This document shows positions 54,606 to 64,000 of a DNA stretch of 64,000 nucleotides, one piece after another (the stretch's first letter is position 1; each line of letters begins with the position of its first letter). The stretch lies in NCBI GenBank assembly GCA_965229115.1, contig CBDDIR010000002.1, positions 32,410 through 96,409 on the forward strand. Reading direction: 5' to 3'. A program made the translations under genes and the position numbers. The notes beneath the pieces were generated by a model, which saw only the letters and a program-made list of their open reading frames with translations, was not told the origin of the DNA and did no database searches. The stretch is from Hyphomonadaceae bacterium. GTDB lineage: Bacteria; Pseudomonadota; Alphaproteobacteria; Caulobacterales; Hyphomonadaceae.

Positions 54606-55600
54606 AACCCAAAAATCCGGAACGAAGTTCGGCCGGACAGTTCACGCACCGCGCCAAAACTTTCCAGCCGCTCGAACAATCGCGTCGCCGCCCAGCGGGA
54701 GAGATGGCTGCCGGGCACGGAGGCGGGCATGGCATCCTCGTTGAGCAGCTTTTCGATGACGACGCCGGCGCCTTTGGTTCGCAACTTCGGCGCGATCGCC
54801 AACAATGTCTCGGCACGCCGGCCAATGTCATTGGCCTGCCGCAAGGCCTCGACCGTGGCGGACACGAGCGCCAGGCACACCGCCCGCGGGAAAGCGGGCT
54901 CCCCGGGCCGCACCCGCCCGCGGCCACCTATGGTCTTGAACGCTGCGCCAAACCGCTCGCCCATCGTGAGCGGCACGCCATACGCCCAGGCGAGTTTTTC
55001 CGCGAGCAGGCGGTCGGCCAGCCACCAGGCCAAAATTTCGGCATCTGGCCGGGCGGCGCAGATGTTGGTGACCAGATCGGCGACGACGAAGGGCACAGCA
55101 CGACCGGACTGAAGCGCGCCGTCAAATAAATCGGCAATTTCGCTCAGGCCCTCGCGACGCATCCCCATCAGCGCCGCCAGTTCTTCCAGACCTTTGCTGC
55201 TGATCGGCCGCTTCTTTGCCGCCAGTTTCTGGAATGCCAAATATATCGTTCCGGCCGGTCCGGGATCGTTGCCAGGCGCGGTGAGCAGCACCACATCGCG
55301 CAGGCCCGCCTCGCCTTCGTTTCGGCCAATCATCTGCACGGCCGAATGCGAGGCCCTAAGCGCAAGGCGCTGGCGCCAGCAGCCCGCCCACGACAGGTCG
55401 GCGCGAACCAGATCGTCGAGCGATTTCAGAGCGATGCCGGCGGCGAAGGCGGCGTCTGTATCGCTCGGATCTTTGCCGCGCAAAGTCACCCAGCCCGGCA
55501 TAGGTGGCGCGGTCGATGGCGGTACCGGGGCGGCGGAAGGTGAGCGGAGGCGCGAATTCATGCTGTCGAGCATAATCGATGCGCGCTCTTTTAGCCACAT
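54602..55600 (-). CDS. DUF1403-like plasmid protein
   Basis: 332-aa ORF upstream of and coupled to scpB. The family name is from memory. The start is possibly downstream (MLDSMNS). Confidence 0.5.
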   Translation of the reverse strand: MWLKERASIMLDSMNSRLRSPSAAPVPPSTAPPMPGWVTLRGKDPSDTDAAFAAGIALKSLDDLVRADLSWAGCWRQRLALRASHSAVQMIGRNEGEAGLRDVVLLTAPGNDPGPAGTIYLAFQKLAAKKRPISSKGLEELAALMGMRREGLSEIADLFDGALQSGRAVPFVVADLVTNICAARPDAEILAWWLADRLLAEKLAWAYGVPLTMGERFGAAFKTIGGRGRVRPGEPAFPRAVCLALVSATVEALRQANDIGRRAETLLAIAPKLRTKGAGVVIEKLLNEDAMPASVPGSHLSRWAATRLFERLESFGAVRELSGRTSFRIFGL

Positions 55601-56206
55601 TTTTCGGTTAAAACCGCACAGCCTGTCCGCACATAATTATGTCCGATAATCTTGCCTTATCGGACGTTTTTCTCATAATAGAGAAATGGCCCATGTCGGC
55701 TTTCCTGGATCGGTGGATTCACCGGCATTCCCGGGTTTTTCGCCCGTTTCTGCCCTGGTTCGGTGGACTTTTCTGCCTGATTGACCGGACTGGCCCACGA
55801 TCGAGCCGCCCTTTTCGGGCCGCCTTCGACCGCTTGTCGGCACCAATTCGCCGTTCACGGCGGCTTTGCGAGCTCAATATCCTCCCAAAGCGCCAGACTT
55901 CCGGGGTTTAGGCCACAGAAGGCCGCTGACGCGATTTCTCACCCCTCTACGGTATCGGCTCATTGAAGGGCGGATTTCGCGCTGTACGGCTTTCCATTTT
56001 GGTCATAAAACACGCTTGCAAAGGATCCTTTGTCCCCATCCGCAACGATTGGAAATCGCCTCGTCAGCATCGGCATGGTCTCCGACAAAATTGGCGGAGC
56101 CAGCTTCTTACTCGCCCCTTTCAGCTCTACTCTGGAAGCCCTCCCCGTTCCGAAAGAGTGGGCCCTCAACGCAGATAACTCACTGTGATCACAATGAAAA
56201 TCAGCA

Positions 56207-56225
56207 AAAAAAACGGCTGACAAGT
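56207..56225 (+). repeat. 19-bp direct repeat copy 1 (AAAAAAACGGCTGACAAGT), just past the repC stop
   Basis: Identical to 58738-58756. A further GCTGACAA lies nearby at about 56238-56245. Confidence 0.7.
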
Positions 56226-56278
56226 CACACCCATCCTGCTGACAAACAGCTCGGACAACTAATAAGTATTGCCCACAA

Positions 56279-57523
56279 CTAGGCCGTTCGTTGTGTGCCC
56301 TCGCCATTGACCCTCAAAAGCGCCATCAACATCGGACCCAGCGAAAACTCCCCACGTTCCGAGCGCCTGGTGAGATCCCGAAGATAGCCACCGGCAGATG
56401 TTATAAAGTTCGACCGTTCAAGAATGCAGGCCATAGCCACCGCGGCATTTTCCGGCCCCATCGCGCTGCACGCCTCCTCGTAGGCTGACGGACTGACGCC
56501 GAGCATGGAGCGCACCACGACGGCGGCCTTCATGAGCTCGCGCCAGTTTTCTAAACGTCCGCCGGGACCATAGTCGGCAATCTGCGGGCAGGCCCGAAGT
56601 ACCATCCCGAGTGGGAAGGCCTTTATTGGCTCTGGCTTGGCCTTCGCTCCCCCGTTCGCCTCGCTCTTGGCCTGACGTTCATCCTCCGGGTTTCCGCCCT
56701 GCTCTTTTCCAGAGCTAGGTTCAAGTTCATAGATAGATTCGGTATTTGAATTCTGTATGTGCCGGTCATCCTGGAGGGCATTGCCATGCATATTCTCAGT
56801 TTTCAGCTGCATTTCCAGAATGTTGAGGATTTCTACCCGAAGCATCTGCATTTCATAGAGTGCGAGCTCGAGCTGGCCCCTCTCCGGATAGCGTGGAAGG
56901 CGCGCAAGAATGTCGACATAGACCGCTTCTACCTGCCCCCAGTTACCGGGGGCGCCCTCCTCCACCGCAGCGGAGATGAGCTTGCGCACGTCTCGCCGGC
57001 AAATCGTAAGAGCTTCTTTTGTCCGACGGAACCGTGTTCTCTCCGAAACGACATCCTGTGCGATTTGCGCGAGTTCATGGGCGCGAGCCAGAAGAGGGGT
57101 CAGATCGAAGCCGTAGGCCTGCTCTATTTCACCGTCACGACTGCGATGTGCGTACCGCTTCCCGTTGGGGCTATCGCGGCGCAAGATGAGCCCGGCCTCG
57201 ACAAGTGCCGCGAGTTGCCGCCTGAGTGTGCTTTCCGTGATCCCATGAGCGCGAACCGATAGCTGCGCATTGGATGGGAAAACGACAAGCCCGCTGCTCG
57301 AATCGAGCTCCCCGTGGGGGTAAAACGTCAGGAGAGCATCGAGAACGGCCAAGGCCCGATCCTGAACTCCAAGGCGTTCTCGCGCCTCGCAGACATCGCG
57401 AAACACTTTCCACTTTTCAATCCGCGTGTTGTGATCCGGATCCTTGATCGCCATCTGTCTTTTGACCAGGGCAAGCGACATCGACCGCCGCCCAAAGGGC
57501 GTCGTCACATCTCCCGTTTGCAT
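56279..57523 (-). CDS. repC: Replication initiator RepC
   Basis: 414 aa. PFGRRSMSLALVKRQ, RALAVLDALLTFYP, VVFPSNAQLSVRAHG and GKRYAHR are hallmark RepC segments. It is the last gene of the repABC operon. Confidence 0.9.
   Translation of the reverse strand: MQTGDVTTPFGRRSMSLALVKRQMAIKDPDHNTRIEKWKVFRDVCEARERLGVQDRALAVLDALLTFYPHGELDSSSGLVVFPSNAQLSVRAHGITESTLRRQLAALVEAGLILRRDSPNGKRYAHRSRDGEIEQAYGFDLTPLLARAHELAQIAQDVVSERTRFRRTKEALTICRRDVRKLISAAVEEGAPGNWGQVEAVYVDILARLPRYPERGQLELALYEMQMLRVEILNILEMQLKTENMHGNALQDDRHIQNSNTESIYELEPSSGKEQGGNPEDERQAKSEANGGAKAKPEPIKAFPLGMVLRACPQIADYGPGGRLENWRELMKAAVVVRSMLGVSPSAYEEACSAMGPENAAVAMACILERSNFITSAGGYLRDLTRRSERGEFSLGPMLMALLRVNGEGTQRTA
56710..56860. other. Candidate oriV (AT-rich stretch inside repC)
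   Basis: This is a visibly AT-rich segment (..GGTTCAAGTTCATAGATAGATTCGGTATTTGAATTCTGTATGTG.. TTTTCAGCTGCATTTCCAGAATGTTGAGGATTTCTAC..) in otherwise GC-rich repC. In studied repABC plasmids the origin maps inside repC. Confidence 0.35.
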
Positions 57524-57617
57524 TTTTCTCTCACCTTTCTTCAGGCAAAGGAAATCCGCTCACCAAAATGGCGCCAAGACTCTTGACTGTGATTCCGGGA
57601 AATGCGATTCTCGATCC

Positions 57618-57674
57618 TGCTAGAGATGACGAGAGAGGCTTCCACGGTTCGCCGTTTGGGGGCCTTTTTCTTTT
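57618..57674 (+). ncRNA. Candidate counter-transcribed RNA (ctRNA / incAlpha) of the repABC operon
   Basis: It lies in the repB-repC intergenic region, on the strand opposite to repABC. TTGACT (57583-57588) - 17 nt - GATTCT (57606-57611) precedes a composite hairpin AGGC..CCACGG-ttcg-CCGTTTGG..GCCT (57636-57665) and then TTTTTCTTTT. Confidence 0.45.
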
Positions 57675-57679
57675 GCGGT

Positions 57680-58675
57680 TTAGTCTCCGTTGGTTTCGTT
57701 TTGCGACCCCTTGTACTCCTCGTACAAGCGATCCATGCGAGAAGACAGCCATTCGCTGAAAGGCTTGGCTTCTACATTCGTGAGCTCGATGGCAACCTTC
57801 TTCGCTTTGGCGGTCATCGCGAAATTCAGCGAGCGATCAGACGAGATCCAGTCTTTTGCTGCGGTATCGGCTTTGGGCATTTTTGCAGCCGATTTGGCCT
57901 TGTATCGCTTCACGTAGTCATGAAGTTCATCAAACCGCTCGGCTTCAGGAAGCTTTTGAAAGTCGGCCGAAGCTGCGTGCTCAACAGCGACCTTGGAGAG
58001 GGCAGGGGCGAGTAGCAACTGCCGGAGGCTGAGCCACCGGTCGCGCCCAATTTTCTTCGATGCACCCAAGGCCTGAATGACTGGCGCTGGCACCGCCTCG
58101 ACGACAGCAAGCATCTTCGACAGCATCGCCTCATCGATGGCGAGCGACGAACGAACCGTTTCCTTGTTCATTCCAGACGCGATCAGGTTCTGAGCAAAGT
58201 AGGCGCGTTCAATGAAAGACAGGTTTGAACGGGCTGCATTTTCCTGTCCCTGTACGATCGCCGAGGTGATATCGTCGAGCTTCTTTACGATCGCCTTTAC
58301 CGGAACTCCGAGTTCGCGAGCCACCCTGAGACGACGGTGACCGAACACGACCATGTATCGCTTGGCATCCGTGGAACTGGGGCGAACAAGGATAGGTGTC
58401 GCCTGGCCTGATTCCTTGATTGCCTGGAGCAGGTCCTGAAACTCTTCTCCGTCGTCTGAAAGGCGGTCGGCCACGAAGGACACGTCAATCGATCGCGGAT
58501 CGAGATCCACGATCACCTCACCTTCCATGAGCTTCTTGGTGTTCTCGGCCATATCTTCAATAGAACGAACAACCGTCTTGGCGGCCCCTGTCATGCCGTA
58601 ACCGGGTTTTGTCGGCGTCTGGCTCGCCGAGACTGCGTCCATATCCAGATTGGCGAACGGATTTTTACGGGACAT
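57680..58675 (-). CDS. repB: Partitioning protein RepB (ParB family)
   Basis: 331 aa with PILVRPSS...YMVVFGHRRLRVAREL (ParB box) and ENAARSNLSFIERA. It is the middle gene of repABC. Confidence 0.85.
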   Translation of the reverse strand: MSRKNPFANLDMDAVSASQTPTKPGYGMTGAAKTVVRSIEDMAENTKKLMEGEVIVDLDPRSIDVSFVADRLSDDGEEFQDLLQAIKESGQATPILVRPSSTDAKRYMVVFGHRRLRVARELGVPVKAIVKKLDDITSAIVQGQENAARSNLSFIERAYFAQNLIASGMNKETVRSSLAIDEAMLSKMLAVVEAVPAPVIQALGASKKIGRDRWLSLRQLLLAPALSKVAVEHAASADFQKLPEAERFDELHDYVKRYKAKSAAKMPKADTAAKDWISSDRSLNFAMTAKAKKVAIELTNVEAKPFSEWLSSRMDRLYEEYKGSQNETNGD

Positions 58676-58737
58676 GGGCGCACTCCGAATCTTGCGTCAA
58701 CGTCGGTAAGGAGCTGATAAAACTAAAGCAATTGGCG

Positions 58738-58756
58738 AAAAAAACGGCTGACAAGT
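58738..58756 (+). repeat. 19-bp direct repeat copy 2 (AAAAAAACGGCTGACAAGT), just past the repA stop
   Basis: Identical to 56207-56225. It lies in the repA-repB intergenic region. Confidence 0.7.
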
Positions 58757-58759
58757 TGC

Positions 58760-59947
58760 TCATTTTCTCCCCCAAACCCCATGGATGAGCTCCACGATCT
58801 CGGCGTTGGTAGAATTCAAGCTCTCCATGGCCCTGTCATAGGTTGACCGGACAAATTCACCCCGCTCAACCTCGTACAGGGTTTGCTTCTTGATGGACGC
58901 GTCGGAAATCGCAGTGGACTTCAGAACGTGGTTTCTCAGCATTTGCTGTGCGAACATCGACTGCATGAACCCGACCATCTGGGCCTGCGGAATATCCGTG
59001 GGCTCAAAGCGGGTGATAAGATACCGGAACCACTGAACACGCATTTCGGCCCCGGCCTCCGCTACCGGCCCCATGATCCCCCCGAGCATCATGAGAAACT
59101 GGCTCATCGACATGATGTCCAGCATCTGAGGATGAATGGTGATAAGGATCCCGGTAGAAGCCATGAGGGCGGTAATCGTCAAATAGCCCAGTTGAGGAGG
59201 GCAATCGATGACGACTACATCGTACTTGTCATCCACCTGCTTCAGAGCGCTGGCGATACGCATATAGAAGAGTCGGCCATCCTCCCCCTTCTTGGAGGAA
59301 ATCGCCAGTGGCACGTCATATTCGTATTCCTGCAGAACCAGGTTAGCGGGCACGACATCCAGTCCAGGAATGTTGGTCGGCTGGATGACGCCAGCGATTG
59401 ACTTCCGCTCGTCGTCAAATCGAAGAGCCTCATAAAGAGAGGCAGTATCATCAAGCTCCGGCTGGATCCCGAAAAGCGAAGTCAGTGAAGCCTGCGGGTC
59501 AAGGTCGATCGCCAGCACACGATGGCCCGTGAGGGCGAGATATTGCGCAAGGTGCGCGGCAGTGGTCGTCTTGCCGCTTCCGCCCTTGAAGTTGACGACC
59601 GATACAACCTGCATCGGCTCTCCTTCCTTCCGCCTAGGCACATAGTATCTCTTGTCTGACTTCTTGTTGGCCTCGAGATAATCCCGAAGCTCGAGCATCT
59701 GGTCAGCCGTATAATATCGGCGTCCACCGATGGACTCGATTTCCGGTCCTTTCCCGTCAGAATGGAGTTGCCTCAGGTGCGTCTGGGTGACACCCATGAA
59801 GTCCGCAACTTCAGCAAGCTGAAACTTTCGCAATCCCTTGCGAGCATCAGGCGGGTACTGCTGGCTGCGCAACATATGCAGCGCGCTTGAGATCTTCGCC
59901 CCTTGCTCGGCAATCTCAATATCAAATCTGTTGGGCATATTGCTCAT
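58760..59947 (-). CDS. repA: Partitioning ATPase RepA (ParA family)
   Basis: 395 aa. An N-terminal HTH (LAEVADFMGVTQTHLRQL) is followed by the deviant Walker A VVNFKGGSGKTTTAAHLA, then AIDLDPQAS and VVIDCPPQLG. Confidence 0.9.
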   Translation of the reverse strand: MSNMPNRFDIEIAEQGAKISSALHMLRSQQYPPDARKGLRKFQLAEVADFMGVTQTHLRQLHSDGKGPEIESIGGRRYYTADQMLELRDYLEANKKSDKRYYVPRRKEGEPMQVVSVVNFKGGSGKTTTAAHLAQYLALTGHRVLAIDLDPQASLTSLFGIQPELDDTASLYEALRFDDERKSIAGVIQPTNIPGLDVVPANLVLQEYEYDVPLAISSKKGEDGRLFYMRIASALKQVDDKYDVVVIDCPPQLGYLTITALMASTGILITIHPQMLDIMSMSQFLMMLGGIMGPVAEAGAEMRVQWFRYLITRFEPTDIPQAQMVGFMQSMFAQQMLRNHVLKSTAISDASIKKQTLYEVERGEFVRSTYDRAMESLNSTNAEIVELIHGVWGRK

Positions 59948-60051
59948 TTTGCGAACTATTTCCCGGAGGTCGTCAGTTTCGAAAAAATGGCTCGAACGCC
60001 ATCATTTGCGAAACTATCCTGCGATTCCGACATCGTCGCAAGAGATTTAAA

Positions 60052-60068
60052 GTTAACAAGCAGTTAAC
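60052..60068. promoter_or_regulatory. parS-like palindrome-armed site (GTTAAC-AAGCA-GTTAAC)
   Basis: It matches the repABC parS consensus GTTNNCNGCNGNNAAC (from memory) except for one extra central nucleotide. It lies upstream of repA. Confidence 0.25.
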
Positions 60069-60157
60069 GGAACCGCCGGAGAGGCTGACAGAGTATCGAA
60101 TCATCCAAAGACTTCCGCATGTTAGCCCGGCTTTGTCCGCCAGCGCCCTTCACAGCG

Positions 60158-60175
60158 AAACGCAGATCTGCACCT
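60158..60175. promoter_or_regulatory. tra-box-like TraR binding site candidate
   Basis: AAACGCAGATCTGCACCT has the core GCAGATCTGCAC, identical to the centre of the Ti-plasmid tra box ATGTGCAGATCTGCACAT (from memory). It lies in the divergent repA / traI intergenic region. Confidence 0.4.
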
Positions 60176-60247
60176 CTTATCAACATCCCAGAACCCGGTT
60201 TCCAACCGACGTTTGAGACGTATAGCGCCGATTCGGTAGAATCACCG

Positions 60248-60265
60248 GATGCAAATCTGCACATA
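60248..60265. promoter_or_regulatory. Second, half-site-quality tra-box-like sequence
   Basis: In GATGCAAATCTGCACATA the right half ATCTGCACAT matches the tra box and the left half is degenerate. It lies about 60 bp upstream of the traI ATG. Confidence 0.3.
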
Positions 60266-60322
60266 GCCACACGCAGCACGAGATGATTTTCCTTCGCCTG
60301 ACCAGTTCATGCGGAGATCACA

Positions 60323-60958
60323 ATGCAGATTCTGAGCGTCTCGGCCGACCACCACGCAAGCAACCACAACTACCTGAACCAGATGCATCGTCTTCGGGCC
60401 GCCGTGTTTGGCGACCGCCTGGAATGGGATGTCACGATTACGGACCAGGGAGAGCGGGATCAGTACGATGATCTCCACCCAACCTACATCCTGGCGATCT
60501 CAACCGACCAGAAAGTCGTCGGCTGCGCGCGCCTGCTGCCTGCATCCGGCCCGACGATGCTGGAGCAGACATTCCCGCAACTGCTGGAGCGCGGTTCGCT
60601 CGACCCCCATGCCGCAATGATCGAGAGCTCACGCTTTTGCGTCGACACGTCGCTTCAAGCGGGGAGGGGAGGGGCCCTCCATCAGGCTACGCTCACCATG
60701 TTCGCCGGCATCATCGAATGGTCGATGGCGAACGGTTACAGCGAGATCGTCACCGCGACCGATCTTCGTTTTGAACGCATCCTGAAGCGTGCCGCATGGC
60801 CGATGAAACGTCTCGGCGACCCGGTTGCGATCGGGAACACCATCGCCGTCGCGGGCAGCCTGCCGGCTGACCGCGCCAGCTTCGAACAGGTCTGCCCGCC
60901 AGGATACCGCTCGGCAATCGTGCGCAACGGTTCCGGCCTCTTCAGGAGCGCCGCGTGA
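60323..60958 (+). CDS. traI: Acyl-homoserine-lactone synthase TraI (LuxI family)
   Basis: 211 aa with LRAAVFGDRLEWDV, DQYDD and IESSRFCVD (LuxI signatures). It is the first gene of the traI-trb operon. Confidence 0.85.
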   Translation: MQILSVSADHHASNHNYLNQMHRLRAAVFGDRLEWDVTITDQGERDQYDDLHPTYILAISTDQKVVGCARLLPASGPTMLEQTFPQLLERGSLDPHAAMIESSRFCVDTSLQAGRGGALHQATLTMFAGIIEWSMANGYSEIVTATDLRFERILKRAAWPMKRLGDPVAIGNTIAVAGSLPADRASFEQVCPPGYRSAIVRNGSGLFRSAA

Positions 60959-61926
60959 CCCAACTCCGCTCCCATCCCCGCCTCGTGCGCAAACTCCAGG
61001 ACGCCCTCGGCGACCAACTCTGCGTCGCACTCGACGACGCGACGGTCGTCGAGATCATGCTCAATCCCGACGGAAGGCTATTCATCGAACGGTTGGGGCA
61101 CGGGGTCGCCCCGGCCGGCGCCATGAGCGCTGCCACGGCCGAAATCGTCATCGGCAGCGTCGCCCATGCGCTGCAATCGGAAGCAGACGATGAACGGCCG
61201 ATCATTTCAGGCGAACTACCGATCGGTGGTCACAGGTTCGAGGGGTTGCTGCCGCCCGTGGTATCGGCGCCAGCGTTTACGATCCGGCGGCGAGCATCGC
61301 GGCTCATCCCGCTCGACGACTACGTGACGTCGAAGGTGATGACCGAAGCGCAGGCCTCGGTTTTGCGAAGCGCGATCGCCTCGCGCATGAACATCGTGAT
61401 CTCAGGCGGAACCGGGTCGGGCAAGACGACGCTTGCCAATGCCGTCATCGCCGAGATTGTCGCAACGGCGCCAGACGATCGCATGGTGATCCTGGAAGAC
61501 ACCGCCGAGATCCAGTGCTCGGCCGAAAATGCCGTGTCGCTGCACACGACCGACACGGTCGATATGGCGAGGCTCCTGAAGAGCACGATGCGTCTCAGAC
61601 CCGACCGCATCATCGTTGGCGAGGTCCGCGACGGCGCGGCACTGACACTGCTTAAGGCCTGGAACACCGGTCATCCGGGCGGCGTCACCACGATCCATTC
61701 CAATACGGCAATGTCAGCACTCCGCCGGCTCGAGCAACTGACGGCGGAAGCGAGCCACCAGCCGATGCAGGAGGTGATCGGCGAGGCGGTCGATCTTGTC
61801 GTTTCCATCGAGCGCACGGGCAAGGGCAGGCGTATCCGGGACGTGATCCATGTCGAGGGGTTCGGCAATGCCCGTTACCGGACCGAGCACTACGCCCAGA
61901 TTGATGAGGACAGCCATGCCGCATGA
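60955..61926 (+). CDS. trbB: Conjugal transfer ATPase TrbB (VirB11 family)
   Basis: The GTG start overlaps the traI stop. Walker A is [15 protein letters not shown], with [17 protein letters not shown] and [11 protein letters not shown]. Confidence 0.9.
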   Translation: MTQLRSHPRLVRKLQDALGDQLCVALDDATVVEIMLNPDGRLFIERLGHGVAPAGAMSAATAEIVIGSVAHALQSEADDERPIISGELPIGGHRFEGLLPPVVSAPAFTIRRRASRLIPLDDYVTSKVMTEAQASVLRSAIASRMNIVISGGTGSGKTTLANAVIAEIVATAPDDRMVILEDTAEIQCSAENAVSLHTTDTVDMARLLKSTMRLRPDRIIVGEVRDGAALTLLKAWNTGHPGGVTTIHSNTAMSALRRLEQLTAEASHQPMQEVIGEAVDLVVSIERTGKGRRIRDVIHVEGFGNARYRTEHYAQIDEDSHAA

Positions 61927-62320
61927 GACAAGAATAAACCTCACCACCCTGGGCCTCGCCATAATCGCATTGGCCCTTGCAGAACCGGCACTGGCCTCCT
62001 CGGGCGGCGGCGGTCTGCCATGGGAGTCGCCACTGCAGCAGATCCAGCAGTCGATCACCGGGCCCGTCGCCGGCTTTATTGCACTGGCGGCCGTCGCCAT
62101 CGCCGGCGGCATGCTGATCTTTGGCGGAGAACTGAATGATTTCGCGCGGCGGCTTTGCTTCATCGCCCTTGTCGGCGGGATCCTGCTTGGCTCCACACAG
62201 ATCGTCGCCTTGTTTGGCGCGACGGGTGCTTCGATCGGGGCGGCCGACACGCCGTCAGCGACAGGCATCGCCACGCAGAAGTCCGCGCTACGTTGGGAAG
62301 AGGAGGCGACCCATGGCTGA
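61916..62320 (+). CDS. trbC: TrbC pilin-like protein (VirB2 family)
   Basis: Start [27 protein letters not shown] (signal peptide), followed by [31 protein letters not shown]. The track ORF has a spurious 5' extension. Confidence 0.8.
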   Translation: MPHETRINLTTLGLAIIALALAEPALASSGGGGLPWESPLQQIQQSITGPVAGFIALAAVAIAGGMLIFGGELNDFARRLCFIALVGGILLGSTQIVALFGATGASIGAADTPSATGIATQKSALRWEEEATHG

Positions 62321-62612
62321 GCCCGGCTCCAGCCTCTCCCGCTCGCCTGTACACCGGGCGCTATCGCGTCCAAACCTTCTGATGAGCGCGGACCGTGAAC
62401 TGGTCCTGCTCACCGCCCTTGCCGCCGTCATCCTGATCTTCGTCGTTTTAACCTGGTACGCAGCGCTCTTCGGCCTCGCGATCTGGATGATTGCCGTCGC
62501 GGCACTGCGCATGATGGCGAAAGCTGATCCTTTGATGCGGCGGGTCTATGTCCGCCATATCTCTTACAAGACGTTCTATCGCGCGACGTCGTCGCCTTGG
62601 CGCAAGTTCTGA
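62313..62612 (+). CDS. trbD: TrbD (VirB3 family)
   Basis: 99 aa from ATG 62313, overlapping the trbC stop. The sequence [31 protein letters not shown] is typical. Confidence 0.8.
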   Translation: MAEPGSSLSRSPVHRALSRPNLLMSADRELVLLTALAAVILIFVVLTWYAALFGLAIWMIAVAALRMMAKADPLMRRVYVRHISYKTFYRATSSPWRKF

Positions 62613-62620
62613 GGGTTTTC

Positions 62621-64000
62621 GATGGTTGCCCTCAAATCATTCCGTCATTCCGGTCCGTCCTTTGCTGATCTGGTGCCCTATGCCGGCCTGATCGACAACG
62701 GCGTGATCCTGCTCAAGGACGGCTCTCTCATGGCCGGCTGGTATTTCGCAGGGCCGGACAGCGAGAGCTCGACCGACGCCGAGCGAAACGAAGTCTCGCG
62801 GCAGATCAACGCGATCCTGTCACGGCTCGGCTCCGGCTGGATGATCCAGGTCGAGGCCATCAGGGTTCCGACCGGAGACTATCCGGCCGAGGACAATTGC
62901 CACTTCCCCGATCCGGTCACGCGGGCGATCGACGCCGAACGGCGAGCCCATTTCCAGAAGGAGAGGGGGCATTTCGAGAGCCGGCACGCAATGATCGTGA
63001 CCTGGCGGCCGCCGGAGCCGCGGCGCTCGGGGCTGACGCGCTATGTCTATTCCGATGCGACCAGCCGTTCCGCGACCTATGCCGATAAGGCGCTCGATAG
63101 CTTCCTGGCCTCAATCCGCGAGGTCGAGCAATATCTCGCCAATGTCGTGTCGATCCGCCGGATGATGACACGGGAGACTGTAGAGCGCGGCGGTTTCCGG
63201 GGCGCCCGCTATGACGAGTTGTTCCAGTTCATCCGCTTCTGCATCACCGGCGAGAACCATCCGGTGCGCCTGCCCGAGATCCCGATGTATCTCGACTGGC
63301 TGGTGACGGCCGAGTTGCAGCATGGCCTGACGCCGCTGGTGGAGAATCGTTTTCTCGGTGTCGTGGCGATCGACGGCCTGCCGGCAGAAAGCTGGCCGGG
63401 AATCCTGAATAGTCTTGACCTGATGCCGCTCACCTATCGCTGGTCATCGCGTTTCATCTTCCTCGATGCCGAGGAGGCGAGGGCGAAGCTTGAGCGCACC
63501 CGCAAAAAATGGCAGCAGAAGGTGCGCCCCTTCTTCGACCAGCTCTTCCAGACGCAAAGCCGCTCGGTCGACCAGGACGCCATGCTGATGGTGGCAGAAA
63601 CCGAAGACGCGATCGCCGAAGCCTCATCCCAGCTCGTCGCCTATGGCTATTACACCCCGGTCATCGTCCTCTTCGACGAGGACCAGTCTCGCTGCCAAGA
63701 GAAGTGCGAGGCGGTCCGCCGTCTGATCCAGGCGGAAGGGTTTGGCGCACGGATCGAAACGCTGAATGCGACCGACGCCTTTCTCGGCAGTCTGCCGGGC
63801 GTTGCCTATGCCAATATCCGCGAGCCGCTGATCAATACGCGCAACCTCGCCGATCTCATCCCTCTCAATAGCGTCTGGTCAGGAAGCCCGACGGCGCCTT
63901 GCCCCTTCTATCCGCCTGGCTCACCGCCGCTGATGCAGGTTGCCTCGGGCTCGACACCGTTCCGGCTGAACCTGCATGTCGATGATGTCGGGCACACGCT
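62621..64000 (+). CDS. trbE: TrbE (VirB4 family ATPase), 5' part; runs off the right edge
   Basis: Not in the ORF track because it is open-ended. Own translation from ATG 62621: MVALKSFRHSGPSFADLVPYAGLIDNGVILLKDGSLMAGWYFAGPDSESST... It stays in frame to position 64000. Confidence 0.85.

Noticed and set aside
55631-55670. 12-bp palindrome ACATAATTATGT and hairpin CCGATAA-N7-TTATCGG followed by a T-run, upstream of the DUF1403-like gene
   Set aside because: These could be an operator, or a terminator for an unknown plus-strand transcript. No gene or conserved motif supports either reading, and they do not match parS.
55960-56307. 115-aa minus-strand ORF in the 680-bp gap downstream of repC
   Set aside because: It overlaps the repC 3' end. 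Only the last ~38 residues look protein-like, there is no RBS or start, and it is not supportable as a gene.
1-64000. CRISPR arrays, tRNA, rRNA or tmRNA genes
   Set aside because: No regularly spaced direct repeats and no cloverleaf or rRNA-like conserved stretches were noticed on either strand by eye. A tRNAscan/Infernal run would be needed to exclude small RNAs formally.

Overview
This looks like a segment of a high-GC, Rhizobiaceae-type repABC conjugative plasmid. The taxon is inferred from gene content only. Backbone genes are repA-repB-repC with a candidate ctRNA, divergent traI-trbBCDE with tra-box-like sites, RHE_PE00001-like/ScpB/DUF1403-like neighbours, and a leading-region-type set (ardC, ParB-like nuclease, a 1709-aa methylase-helicase, Toprim protein, vapBC). 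The backbone is interrupted three times. (1) A ~10.5-kb element bounded by 35-bp inverted repeats (2617-2651 / 13038-13072) carries three translationally coupled tyrosine recombinases (recombinase-in-trio, RIT). It also carries a 7-kb arsenic-resistance cluster plus nhaA, and it splits ardC at its HExxH codons. (2) A large serine recombinase + two ParB-like genes (30.7-34.1 kb) is followed by a visibly less GC-rich ~14-kb defence island (34.9-49.1 kb). The island holds a PaeR7I-like type II R-M pair, a tight three-gene operon (PD-(D/E)xK sce7726-like + sce7725/Beta-protein-like + zinc-ribbon-RES), and a PP2C phosphatase + two Ser/Thr kinases. It also holds a Bil-like Ubl/E2/JAB/E1 operon and a divergent XRE-ImmA (CapH/CapP-like) pair fused into an operon with an ExoI homologue. 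(3) A cargo-less tniA-tniB-tniQ element sits between scpB and the RHE_PE00001-like gene. The best candidates for an undescribed system are the sce7726/sce7725/RES operon and the phosphatase-kinase-kinase operon. No rRNA, tRNA or CRISPR array was seen. All family assignments rest on motifs read by eye and on memory, not on searches.
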